From contig CBDANS010000006.1 in the NCBI GenBank assembly GCA_965197745.1, positions 1,120,001 through 1,184,000 of the forward strand: a DNA stretch of 64,000 bases, given 5' to 3'. The DNA comes from Opitutales bacterium (lineage in GTDB: Bacteria > Verrucomicrobiota > Verrucomicrobiia > Opitutales > PNEW01). Both the position numbers and the translations under genes were made by a program. Shown here piece after piece: positions 1-10,956 of the stretch. A model generated the notes under the pieces. That model saw only the letters and a program-made list of their open reading frames with translations, was not told where the DNA came from and ran no database searches. Each line of letters opens with the position of its first letter. The stretch's first letter is position 1.

Positions 1-2
1 TG

Positions 3-257
3 CAACATGCGCGCCGCCCCAAACCCGGGGGTGAAAAATTCAAACGCTACTTCATCGACACATCCTATTGCCAGGATGGTATAATCTGGCCGGCTAATCC
101 TCGCAACCAGAAATTCAACAACCTGGCTCTGGAGCTCGGTTGGGATCGCGATGGTAAATATGCATTTCTCTATGAAGAAGGCCATTTTTTTCACGACCCC
201 GAGTCCTATGCAGGATTTGAAGAAAAAAACCAAGGCAGTCTGGCCATGCTACTATAA
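3..257 (+). CDS. PhyH-family Fe(II)/2OG dioxygenase, C-terminal part (gene starts before the window)
   Basis: Frame 3 is open from the window edge: QHARRPKPGGEKFKRYFIDTSYCQ...GSLAMLL*. The distal His...Arg pattern fits PhyH C-termini, and it lies directly upstream of another PhyH gene. Confidence 0.6.
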   Translation, partial: QHARRPKPGGEKFKRYFIDTSYCQDGIIWPANPRNQKFNNLALELGWDRDGKYAFLYEEGHFFHDPESYAGFEEKNQGSLAMLL

Positions 258-306
258 GTGTTAACAACGAAACTTTTGACTTTAACTAACTTTCAAGGAG
301 CGAAGA

Positions 307-1095
307 ATGATCGACACCCTGACAGAAAATCAATGGTGTGAATATGAAACGCAGGGATATTCGCGCCTCGGGAAGGTGCTGACGGATGAAGCGTTAGGCA
401 CACTGCAAAGGCAGATGAACGAGATTATGATGGGCCGCGCGCCGCTGGACTATGACCGGATGCTCATGCAGCTGGATCAACCGGGCACGGGCAAACTCGG
501 CCCTCAAACAAAGGGACACAAGGGCGCAACTTTAAGCTACCGCAAGATACAGGACCTGGAATATGATCCACACTTCCTGGGGTATATGCAAAGACCGCTC
601 TTCCGCCATATCTGCGCGCGTGTATACGGGAAGGATACCGACATTGCCTGTTTTCGGGCGATGTTCATGAACAAACCCGCAAAAGAGGGGACTCACCTGC
701 ATTGGCACCAGGATCGCTGGAGCTACCTGGACCGGGATCCGCTCGTTACAATCTGGACCGCCCTGGATCCGTCAACAATTGAAAACGGCTGCTTACAGAT
801 TGTGTCCGGAGCGCACAATCAAATATTAAACCCAATCAAACCGGACCGCCATTTGTCAGGGGAACAGTTACAGGATTTCCTGCAAGACGTTGAGGTCACA
901 CCCTTGGAAATGGAAGCCGGTGAATGCATCCTGCTTCACAATTACCTGCCCCACTCCTCTGGGATCAACAATACAGAGACTCCCCGGCGCGCTTTCAGTG
1001 CCTGTTACATGGAGGCGGCTACCCGAACAACCAAGGATGAGACCCACGCAGTCTTATTTGGTGACGGCGCCTTAACCTTAGAAAATAGTTTCTAA
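307..1095 (+). CDS. phytanoyl-CoA dioxygenase (PhyH) family protein
   Basis: MNKP...WHQD, W.ALD...ENGCL, distal H in PHSSG, RRA; AGGAG RBS upstream. Confidence 0.9.
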   Translation: MIDTLTENQWCEYETQGYSRLGKVLTDEALGTLQRQMNEIMMGRAPLDYDRMLMQLDQPGTGKLGPQTKGHKGATLSYRKIQDLEYDPHFLGYMQRPLFRHICARVYGKDTDIACFRAMFMNKPAKEGTHLHWHQDRWSYLDRDPLVTIWTALDPSTIENGCLQIVSGAHNQILNPIKPDRHLSGEQLQDFLQDVEVTPLEMEAGECILLHNYLPHSSGINNTETPRRAFSACYMEAATRTTKDETHAVLFGDGALTLENSF

Positions 1096-1135
1096 TAATA
1101 CCTGGTTAAAAGAGAAAAGCGTAATAGAGCAGGGG

Positions 1136-1945
1136 TTAAAGTTTCGCCCCAAGTTCAACGAGATTTTTTACCATACCGCGAATGCGCGGCCGTTCATTAT
1201 TGAGAAAATTCTCATGGGGTCGAAATACATTACTGATAGAATAGGAAACAGATGCGGTATGATTAAGCGCATTAAGGTCACGATCGGTCGTTGGTTTAGC
1301 CGCAAACTTAAAGGCGATGACGCGGCGCCCATCCCATCCTCCGTAGACGCTGTGAAATAGGCTGTGATTAAATAAAACGACGTCACCAGGTTCTGACTCC
1401 AAAGGGTAGCAGGGAAGATCTTCACCCGGCGCTCCAAACGGCATCGATTGAGGATCGGCTTCCTGCGCTCCCAGTTCCTGGTGGAATGGCATCCGGTGTG
1501 AACCGGGTATAATTCGCAGGCAACCGGTATCTTTCGTCACCGGGTCGAGATAAAGCATTATTTTCAAGCGGCGATAAGTGACATCTTCCTGTTCCTCCTC
1601 TCGCCAGCATTTACGGTCCGAATGCCAACCCTGGAAGGCCCTTTTGGTGACATTCCCTTCAGACCCGACCCAGATAAATTCGGGTCCCAGCAATTGTTCG
1701 ACCGATTTAAAAATTCGGTCGTCATCGATCAGTTCAGTCAATACTGGACTCGTCTCCGCGAAAAAACTTATATGTATTCCCTGCTCACCGACATCTTCAC
1801 GGCAACGATACTCATCCCACAAATTCTCAGCTGCGAGGGTAATCTTATCCATCTCCTGCGAGGAGAAAGCCTGGCGCAAAAAAATAAAACCAAAGGTTTC
1901 AAAGTGTGCTATTTGTTCTGGAGTCAACATATTAATTTCATTCAT
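1136..1945 (-). CDS. PhyH family dioxygenase
   Basis: LTPEQIAHFETFGF start, WHSD, GCLRIIPGSH, distal H and RR. Confidence 0.9.
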   Translation of the reverse strand: MNEINMLTPEQIAHFETFGFIFLRQAFSSQEMDKITLAAENLWDEYRCREDVGEQGIHISFFAETSPVLTELIDDDRIFKSVEQLLGPEFIWVGSEGNVTKRAFQGWHSDRKCWREEEQEDVTYRRLKIMLYLDPVTKDTGCLRIIPGSHRMPFHQELGAQEADPQSMPFGAPGEDLPCYPLESEPGDVVLFNHSLFHSVYGGWDGRRVIAFKFAAKPTTDRDLNALNHTASVSYSISNVFRPHENFLNNERPRIRGMVKNLVELGAKL

Positions 1946-2185
1946 ATCTCTATTATATATGAAAATAACAAAGCACTCAATAGTTATCTCATCCGCATTG
2001 ACCGTGGCACACCGTTGAGCTTCAGGAACTGTTGAATGAAAGATGTCGCGATCTATACAACAATTGGTCGGAACAGGTTCTACATAGTTTTACGATGAAA
2101 ATTACATGGCTTAATACTTAAAATTTATACATTTCACTCGATAGAGAAAAAACACATTTAATGCGATACTTGTAGCAATCAAAAA

Positions 2186-2656
2186 ATGAAAACTTCCCAT
2201 AAATTCAGGTTACACGGTTTTACACCAGTCAGTATGGTGATTGTCGTTTCCACACTCGCTCTTTTGACATCGGTAGCGCTACCCGCAATTAACTATAAGG
2301 GGATAAATTTAAAATCGCAAAATGCGCGACTTTTGAAAGATTACCGCACCCATGAAGAAGCTTTTATTCGTTACGCTTTGGAGAACGATAACTACGCCTC
2401 TGACCGTGGATCAGTTTCCATGCATTCCGGGATGCGTGAATATTTGCCACCGACCTGGGTTAACTCACACGCAGGCGGTCAATGGACCTGGGATTACACT
2501 GTCAGGGGCATCACTGCAGGAATAAGTCTTAACAATGCGAATGTTGAGACCCAGCAAATGATGTTACTTGACGCAAAATTTGATGACGGCGACCTTGCCA
2601 CGGGGTCTTTCCGAAAGACTAATATAAACTGTTACACGCTTGTCATCGAGGAATAG
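2186..2656 (+). CDS. prepilin-type N-terminal cleavage/methylation-like (pilin-like) protein
   Basis: G|FTPVSMVIVVSTLALLTSVALPA class III-like signal with hydrophobic helix; the canonical Glu+5 is replaced by Ser. Confidence 0.7.
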   Translation: MKTSHKFRLHGFTPVSMVIVVSTLALLTSVALPAINYKGINLKSQNARLLKDYRTHEEAFIRYALENDNYASDRGSVSMHSGMREYLPPTWVNSHAGGQWTWDYTVRGITAGISLNNANVETQQMMLLDAKFDDGDLATGSFRKTNINCYTLVIEE

Positions 2657-2724
2657 TTCGACGCCGTCATGGGTTATGCTTGATTACTCTTGACCCATAG
2701 CGTACCCCTCTTTGCAGGAAAAGA

Positions 2725-3396
2725 ATGATTGATGGACAGACAAATGAACCGGGCCAAATCATCGTCCTGAATGGCGTGCCGCGGTCGGGTAAATCAAGTA
2801 TTGCCGCAGTAATCATGGAAAAGTTTGAAAGCCCATGGTTGAACCTGGGAGTCGATAATTTCAAAAATCACATTACCTCCAAGCGGTACAGTCCCGGGAT
2901 AGGCCTCAGGCCCGGCGGCGAGCGTCCGGATCTTGAGCCATGGGTTGTTTTGTTTTTCGCCAGCATTTATGAATCCATTGCCGCCCATAGCCGGTTGGGT
3001 TTAAATGTAGTGGCCGATGTGGGCCACCACGACTCATACTCTGTACCCAGGAAAATTCTCTTTGATTGTGCGCACCGTCTGGAGGGTTTGCCCGCCTTGT
3101 TCGTGGGCGTTCGCTGCCCTGTCGATATCGTATGGGAACGTCGTCGAAACACGTGGCTTAAAGGAAAAGGAATTCCGCAGGACGCTCCACCGCCAGATAT
3201 TCTTCAACTATGGGAGCGTGAAGTTCACACTCCGGGTATCTATGATCTCGAAGTGGACACCGCGACATTGAATCCGGATGAATGTGCGGAAGAAATTCGC
3301 AAGTATCTCAAAAACGGACCGACCCCCACCGCTTTCCCGCGACTCGCAAACACGCATTCAGTTGATGTTGAAAAAGAGAATCCGATACCTGATTAG
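2725..3396 (+). CDS. chloramphenicol phosphotransferase (CPT)-like P-loop kinase
   Basis: IIVLNGVPRSGKSS Walker A, LGVD, YDLEVDTATLNPDECA C-terminal CPT signature. Confidence 0.85.
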   Translation: MIDGQTNEPGQIIVLNGVPRSGKSSIAAVIMEKFESPWLNLGVDNFKNHITSKRYSPGIGLRPGGERPDLEPWVVLFFASIYESIAAHSRLGLNVVADVGHHDSYSVPRKILFDCAHRLEGLPALFVGVRCPVDIVWERRRNTWLKGKGIPQDAPPPDILQLWEREVHTPGIYDLEVDTATLNPDECAEEIRKYLKNGPTPTAFPRLANTHSVDVEKENPIPD

Positions 3397-3461
3397 TAAA
3401 AGGGGCGCCAGAACAAGTGCGTTCCACCTGATGATTAAGACCAGTCACGCGATTTTGCGCA

Positions 3462-6400
3462 TCACCGTAGTCCTCCTTCCATCCGTATTCGGGGGTCGAG
3501 CCACATGAGGAGGAGATCGCTGACGAGGGTTCCGAGGACGCCGACGAGACTGAGGACCATGAGCATCGATCCGGCTAAGTACATATCCTGGGTCAAGAGA
3601 GCTTCGAGCATCAGGGGGCCGATGGTGGGCAGGCTTAAGACCATGGCGACGATCGCACCACCGGAAACGAGTTGGGGGAACAGGGTGCCGATCCCGGAGA
3701 TAAAAGGATTGAGCGCGATGCGCACGGGATATTTCACCAGCAGTTTAATCGGTCTTACCCCTTTAGCCATCGCGGTAACGACATAGGGTTTTTTCAATTC
3801 ATCGAGCAGGTTGCCGCGCATTATTCGGATCATGCTCGCGGTGCCGGTTACCCCGAGAACGATGACCGGGCCCCATATATGTTTCATGAGGTCGGCGACT
3901 TTACCCCAGGACCATTCGGGTCGCCCGGCGTATTCAGGGGAAAATAAACCGGTCATACTTATGCCGAAATAAATATTGCCCCAGTACATAAAGAGCAAGG
4001 CAAGAAGAAAGCTGGGGACGCACATCCCGATAAAGCCGAGTAGAGAGAAAAAGTAATCGCCGATCGAGTACTGACGCACAGCAGAGTAGACACCGATAGG
4101 TAGAGCGACCGCCCAGGTAAAGAGAATAGACCCCAAGGATATTAAAAAGGTGAGGAGGATGCGATCACCTACAACATTGTTTACCGGCGTTCGGCTATGC
4201 ATGGAAAAACCCAGGTGACCTTGGATCAGGCCCTGGTCTTCAGACTTAAAGGAGAGAAACCAGGGAAGACCAAGCCATTGAATATACTGAGTCATTAACG
4301 GTTCATGAAGAGGAAAAATCTCGCGTAATTGTTCAGCTTAAATTTTCGCCTTGTAATCGTTCGATAACTCCGCTTGTAAAATTTTCAAATCGATATAATT
4401 TGATGGGGGCAGCTGTATAATAGTAAAAGAGATAATCGAAATAATAAATAATGTAGGCACCATAATGAGGAAGCGTCTTCCTACATAGGGATGTTTTATT
4501 CCTGCGAGAATGACTCCAACCCCAACAATTCCCAATATAAGATGGCGGATGATGCGGCTGAGAGAATTTCCACTTCTCGTTTCAAAAGTGACATCGTCGA
4601 GGGCACTGGGCTGGGGCGTGATCTCGGTGATTTCCCGTTTTATTTTAGCTATCGCTCCCGGTGAATCTTTTGGTTCATCAAAATAGTAAGCTTCAAAACC
4701 GCCACTGGAAATACTCTTATACATAGATCCGTAAAGCACGTTGCGCGGTACGTTTTTAAAGCCCTTCTTCACGATCGCCACCCAGGGTTGGCCCTGTGTG
4801 ATATTAATATTCCATAAATTATCCACGGCGATATCCTGAATTTCACGATAAATGTCGGTCTGCTCTTTGAGCGTCAGTGCGGTAAAAGCGGCATCGAGCA
4901 GTTCCATCGATCGCCGCAGAGGATGATCGATGGGGGGCTCAAAACTACCAGGGATATTTGCCTCAGGATTTCCGTATAAGCCACCGTTTCGATACCAATT
5001 TGAAAATCCTTCAGCCGCGACATGCCCGGGCGCATAACGTGCTGGATGTACCAGGGGGTTAAAATCCCCTTCCATTCCAGCGATAAGAAAATCGTAGACT
5101 CTAGCTGAGTTTTCAACGGCGTAGAGGCTAAAGGAGCGAAATCTCTCAACGGTGTTAAGGCCGACATTTTTCCAATCTTCCGCGACAAAAGGACCGGGAC
5201 CTTCAGCATAGTTTGGGACTATATCCAAATACCAAACCATGCGGGTGCCATCCTTAAAGGTGCGATAGCCCTCGGAATCACGACCGGTAAGTCCCAGTTC
5301 ATCGAGCAGTTCGTTAGCGCGATCGGGATTGTAATCGATGTAACTGTTCCTGAGTTTTTCATGGTAAAAGGGTGATTCCATTCCCGGCGAACTTTGAGCA
5401 GGCACACCGACACCGAAGTAGACCGCATCGATTATTTGCTGTCGATTGATGACAAGCGATAACGCCTGACGAAATCGTTTATCGTTGAGCAATGCCGATT
5501 TATTTTGGGACATTGGGGCCTTGGGAGTAATAAGTTTGTTTAGATTCGGATAGAGGCCCCATGAAGTAATACCGGATTCATACCAATGATGGACCTCATA
5601 TCCCCCCACATCGCGTTGAGACATAAATAAGGTGTAATGAATAAAATAGATATTAAAGGATTGCATCGTAATGGCACCATTTGATGCGGCGATCGGAACC
5701 AACTTTCCTGTTTTAACATCGATCATAAAGCGGTCGACATAGGGAAGTTGATTGCCCTCGGTATCGACGGCCCAATAATAAGGATTGCGGACAAAAGCCT
5801 GGGGAGGATTAGATTTGTAGGTGCGATATATCCAGGGCCTGATGCGGGGATGGTCCGGGTTGTTATTGAGTTTAAGGGTATTATAAAGTCCCTTTCTCGT
5901 GGGTATTTTATAGGTTTTCATCGCGGCCTCGATGAGCGCAGCGTTGCCAAGCTTGGGGTGGTATTTTTCGAGGTAATGACGGGGCGAAAAAATCTCTAAT
6001 TCAAAGGAGGACAAGCGTTCCAGAAATAATCCATGAGAGTGCGGAAAAATAATCTTCACCGTGTAGGGATCTATTTTGAGGATTTTACCTCTTTCTCCTT
6101 TCACTTTCATCGACCGCGGGAATTTAACTAATTCCTGTTTTACCTCATCTTCCCACCAGTAGAGAATATCGTCTGCGGTGAAAGGGTGGCCGTCCGACCA
6201 TTTCATGCCCTTGCGCAGGAAAAAGATCCATTCTCTTTTGTCGGGTGATACTTCCCAATTTTTGGCGATGTGGGGAACAATGGGATAGCCGAGCGGGGAC
6301 CATCGCACAATAGAAGCTCCGGACATCCAATTATCAATGGTATCAGCTGAATGGATACTATTCGTAACCAAATACCAGGTACCGCCGTAATTACCGAGCC

Positions 6401-6744
6401 CGTCTTTGCCTTGAATGACCACCGGTTCAGGTCCCACGCGTTCAGCGACCGGTGGAAGTTTGCCTTCCTCTACCAGTTCAGCGAGGATGGGGTGACTCGC
6501 CTTTTGGAAACCATTGACCGGATTCACCCTCGCTGTAGTCAACTTCATGCTGTACTTTGTAAAGGTCTTCTTCGCTGAAACTGATGTCTCTTAATTTTTC
6601 GGTGGATTCGATAATCTCCGGGCTATAGTAAATAGGTTCGCGCTCCAATTCCGGTTTCATCACTGCACCCCAGAAATAGATTATACCGAAAAAGCAGCAA
6701 CCGGTCAGGAAAAGTAGACCACAATATTTTAATATATTATACAT
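3462..6744 (-). pseudogene. fused family-5 ABC substrate-binding protein + OppB/DppB-type permease, interrupted by one +1 frameshift and one in-frame stop
   Basis: The TM-anchored N-terminus (6744-6493) joins the SBP frame if one base is removed from the G4 run at 6489-6492. The SBP has WSDGHPFTADD and RNPYYW..D.EGNQLPY. An in-frame TAA at 4338-4340 is followed in the same frame by the permease (MRGNLLDEL..PYV.TA.AKG). Confidence 0.8.
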
Positions 6745-6956
6745 CGAAGGGTGTTAGCTAATTGTGGACTGTCGAATAGCGAAGGTCAAAAGGGGAATAG
6801 GTTAAGGCGATAATGTTAATATGCGTATAAGTGGCGCATCTTCCACTGTTCAACTTGGCACGCTATTGCGGAGTGACTGCGGCCGACCATTTATCACCAG
6901 GCTCTACTATCGACTTTTGACGGAGGGGGTTGTTCGTTTCATCGAACTGCCCCCCT

Positions 6957-7739
6957 TCAAGGCGATTCCAGGAAACCAAGCTCCCCCAGCCGGTGAATCC
7001 AGCGCTGACGAAGTGCACTGCCGGCCTTATTTTCCAGCCAATGGGGATGGTAAATCGGATCATTTGGCCGACCAAACGCCGCAGGTGTCTTGATTGAGCG
7101 GGATGCCCGATCACGAGTCGCGGCCTCTTCCGATGGATTCCCGGGGTTATGGTAATAGACAAAGGTGCACATCCTGCGACCTACCGAGCCACCCCAACTC
7201 GCGTGCCAAAGCCGAAGGTCGAAGGCCACCACGTCACCGGGTTCGCTTTCGCAGACGTAACCGGGAACCTCTGGAATGTCCAGTCCGCCGCGCTTGATCG
7301 TATTCCCAACTTCCTCGTGTAACGGGTTCTTGTGTGAACCAGTTATGACACGCAGAGCCCCTGTCTGCGCACCGACAGGATCTAAATAGTAGGCATATTT
7401 GATTCCGTAGCAGTCTTTTTTGGGATCGGGGTGCCAGGAAGTGTGGCCCACGTAGCGGTTAGCATCAGCGGCCATGCCGATTACATCTTCGCCGTAGAGT
7501 TGCTGGGCCGGTCCATTAAAGCGGGAATCCTCAAGCAGACCGGCCATAACCGGCGTATCCGGCCCCAACGTTTTTGTCCAGTGGCGCTTACTGCCGTCAA
7601 AAGGGTCGTGCTTGTAGACGGCATTGAGACTTTTTTCATATTCGACCTCAATGATCGCCAGTTCCTTGGGACTGAATACCTGGCGCAAAACCAGAAAGCC
7701 GAAGGTGTTGAACTGGTCAATCTGTTGATCGGTGAACAT
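6957..7739 (-). CDS. PhyH family dioxygenase
   Basis: FNTFGF, WHPD, GALRVITGSH, WHAS...RR. Confidence 0.9.
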   Translation of the reverse strand: MFTDQQIDQFNTFGFLVLRQVFSPKELAIIEVEYEKSLNAVYKHDPFDGSKRHWTKTLGPDTPVMAGLLEDSRFNGPAQQLYGEDVIGMAADANRYVGHTSWHPDPKKDCYGIKYAYYLDPVGAQTGALRVITGSHKNPLHEEVGNTIKRGGLDIPEVPGYVCESEPGDVVAFDLRLWHASWGGSVGRRMCTFVYYHNPGNPSEEAATRDRASRSIKTPAAFGRPNDPIYHPHWLENKAGSALRQRWIHRLGELGFLESP

Positions 7740-7757
7740 GAATTTTCCTTCTGGCGT

Positions 7758-8870
7758 TCACACCCGGTAGGTGCTCGAAACAATACTGGTTTGGTCATTA
7801 GCATCTTCATCCCAGTAAACAGTCACCAACTTGTCGTCTTCCAGCAACATGGACACCGGGTATCCGATCCCTCCCGATACGAGGTCATCACGAATAATGA
7901 TTTCATCATCATAGTCCCAGCTCTCACCCTCATTACCGCTGAGGCACGCCCGGATACCGTAGTGTTGCCGGCGGTGTCCATAGACAGAAAGCACGCGTCC
8001 GTCACTGAGCTGAACAAGATGCGTCGGAGAACACCTGTCAGAGTTGACCCGTATGTCGGCAATTTCTCATATGGCAGAGCAGCCGTCCCGACCGTAGTTT
8101 AATCATTGCTGGTTCGACGAAGTAATAATCCGGATGCGCGGCGATCTCGCGGGTCTCGGCCCAGGTGTGACCGCCGTCACGGGATATGCAGGTGAATACG
8201 CGGCTGGGTTCCTTCACGATCTCACCGTCTATGAGCCGGTTTCCCTGCCCGTTCCTGACTTGGAAAGGAGGTTCATCCCATTGCTGGGGAGAGAACATTG
8301 GATCGGCTGCACCCGCGGTAAAGATAAGGGTGTCAGCATCTAATTCAATGACGTTCAATCGGCTGTAAGCGCTGATGAAGGGCGAAGAGTCGATCTGAAC
8401 CGACTCTTCCCAGGTTTCGCCATGATCAAGTGAGCGGTGCACATAAGTTCCGCCATGGGTCACGACCCAGGGATACGGCGGCCGGTGGTACCACCCGTAG
8501 CGGTGGCTCTGGTTTTTTATTCCATCCTCGAGTGGGAAAAACTCCCGTTGGTAGAAGCTCGCCAGGATTTCGCCATTGTCCAAAACGCAGAGAGCCACGT
8601 GCTCGGTCCCGGTCCACCCGAAACCGGGGATTACTCGTGGGGCTTCCCACGTCTTCCCCCGGTCACGCGAGCGCATAATGTAGTTGCGAAACTCAGGGTT
8701 GTCTGGCGGATGGAGATATCTGCGGGGTGAATAGAGGGCCCGATCTCGAGCTCCATGCTCATGTTCCAGGTTACAAGCCAGTTCCCGTTAGCTGCGCAGG
8801 TTATAAACGGACCGCAAACATAACGGAATTTCTCTTTGAACAGGGTTTCGTCGATGCGCTCGGGTTTCAT
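7758..8870 (-). pseudogene. BNR/Asp-box (exo-sialidase-like) beta-propeller protein, degraded
   Basis: Asp-box repeats SRDRGKTW, SLDHGETW, SRDGGHTW, SGNEGESW spread over several frames. There is a frameshift near 8725, a TGA at a probable Trp codon at 8038-8040 and a short deletion after QVFSD. Confidence 0.8.
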
Positions 8871-9079
8871 ATCTTTCTCGTCATTGTTGTAATAAATAAG
8901 CCAGTCGGGTGAAGCATCAACAAAAATTCTTCGGGGTTTGTTCATCTGAATCTTTCTTGACCGATAACCAGTGCATGACAATCCTACCCGAAACTTGAAC
9001 CGATGGCGCTACGATGACCCTGTGAATGCGCCTGAGAATAAGCGATGAATGCTGACAACAAATTAGAAAGAGATAGATT

Positions 9080-9854
9080 ATGAAGCTTGAGGGAAAAATC
9101 GCGCTCGTCACTGGTGGATCTCATGGGATTGGCCGGGGAATTTCTTTAGCTCTGGCCAGAGAGGGAGCAAAGGTTGTCGTGAACTACTCGACGGACAAAG
9201 AAGCTGCCGAGTGGACGGAGAACAAGATTAGTGAAATGGGCGGGGAAGCCACAGTCGTCAAAGCTGACGTTGGAGAAATAGATCAATGCCGTGAGCTCGT
9301 AAGCAAGTCGAATGAAGCCTTCGGACATGTCGATATACTCGTCAGCAATGCGGGCATCGGTCAGCAGAGTAAGATCGTGGATACACCGGATGAAGAATGG
9401 GACCGTGTGATGAACGTGAATCTGCGCGCCACTTTTGCCCTCGCGCGGGAGCTCATGCCGGGAATGATTGAAAGAGAATACGGCCGCATTGTCACGATCT
9501 CGTCCAATTGTGCCCTGACGGGAATAGCCCAGGGATCTTTTGTTACTTACGCGACGTCCAAGGGCGCTTTGAATACGCTGACAAAGGGTATAGCGCACGA
9601 AGGGGCGCCCTACATCACGTGCAATGCGATATGCCCCGGTGGTACGAACCGGAAGATCGCCGAGGAGCGCGGTGAAGCATGGCCGCCCCCCCCCAGCCTT
9701 TGATGAGAAAAGGTTTCTCGGCATGCGCGTTCCTCTCAATAGAACAGGGACCCCGGAAGATATCGCGGAGACGGTTTTTTTTCTGGTCTCGGATTCAGGA
9801 TGCTTTATTACGGGTCAGGCCATTCATGTCAGCGGCGGTGTCATGATGCCCTGA
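9080..9854 (+). pseudogene. SDR family oxidoreductase (FabG-like), frameshifted in a C9 run
   Basis: TGGSHGIG, NAG and YATSK motifs. The C-terminus (PLNRTGTPEDIA...FITGQAIHVSGG) comes back in frame if the C9 run at 9686-9694 were C8. Confidence 0.85.
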
Positions 9855-10104
9855 TTTTGAGGATGGGGTCATGGCACCTTTAACCCAAGGTGAGGAGGAC
9901 CTACGCTATGTTCTACCACCAGGCACAAACGCTAACGGAACAGGATCAGCACCTATCCAGGCGTTCTGAGATCTCTGGATAACTTGCAATTATTGTCACT
10001 CTGTTGCATTTTAAACGCACCCTATGACCCAACAGCGCAACAGCGCTAAGCTCTGCGACGACGTTATAGCAGGGGCGCTTTAAAAACATTCAATTGGTAA
10101 AAAT

Positions 10105-10488
10105 ATGAAAAAGACACTCCCCGAATCGATCTCATGCATGAGCCCACAACTTGTGGTGTCCGACATTGAAAAATCCATCCAGTTCTATACCGGGCAGCTT
10201 GGATTCAGCTTGAATTTCCGACACGAAGATTTTTACGCGGGGATCGGTTGTGCAGGCAACTCTATCCACCTGAAAACAGGTGACCCCTTACCGGGAGAAA
10301 GAAAAGCAAAAAGAAAAAATGAAGATTTGGATATATCCTTTGGGGTGACGAACGTAGACGGGTTTTATGAACACATCATGTCCGGTGATGTTGAGGTTAT
10401 TCAACCGCTCCGCATGATGCCATACGGGAAAGAGTTTAATATCATCGACCCGGACGAATACATACTTGGCTTTTTGGAAGTAACTTAA
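10105..10488 (+). CDS. VOC/glyoxalase-bleomycin resistance family protein
   Basis: PQLVVSDIEKSIQFYTGQLGF...MPYGKEF.IIDPD.YIL. Confidence 0.85.
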   Translation: MKKTLPESISCMSPQLVVSDIEKSIQFYTGQLGFSLNFRHEDFYAGIGCAGNSIHLKTGDPLPGERKAKRKNEDLDISFGVTNVDGFYEHIMSGDVEVIQPLRMMPYGKEFNIIDPDEYILGFLEVT

Positions 10489-10624
10489 TAGAGGTCAAAA
10501 GAGTCAAACGCTGCTCTGTTTTGGAACATAACACCCGGCAATGAGAGGACCTATCGGGTTAGGGGGATGCTCTTACATATCTCTTGAACTATATAACTTT
10601 TAGATTACTATTTAATATCCGGTT

Positions 10625-10954
10625 ATGCTTCAATCTATTGAAATCATCCTAAATGAAACATACGACCACGACCCCCTTGTGCGGTCGCGGGCGACTCGTG
10701 ATTTATGTCCCTGTGAGATCAAAAGAGATGTGGTCACGGTTTGGAATCGGATATTCGAGCTGACGAGGGATCCTGATCTTAATGTACGCCGCATGGCGTT
10801 TCATACGATGATAGATGGTTCACCAGGAAAATACGAAACCCGGATTATCTCCGCGCTCGAAGATATGCACAATGATCCCGACATGAAGCTGAGACGAAGC
10901 GTGCGAAAACGCCTGGCCAGATACCGCGCTACGGGGAAAATTAATTTTAATTAA
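10625..10954 (+). CDS. small HEAT-repeat protein with CPC motif
   Basis: DP.VR / DPDLNVR / DPDMKLR helical repeats. Confidence 0.65.
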   Translation: MLQSIEIILNETYDHDPLVRSRATRDLCPCEIKRDVVTVWNRIFELTRDPDLNVRRMAFHTMIDGSPGKYETRIISALEDMHNDPDMKLRRSVRKRLARYRATGKINFN

Positions 10955-10956
10955 GG

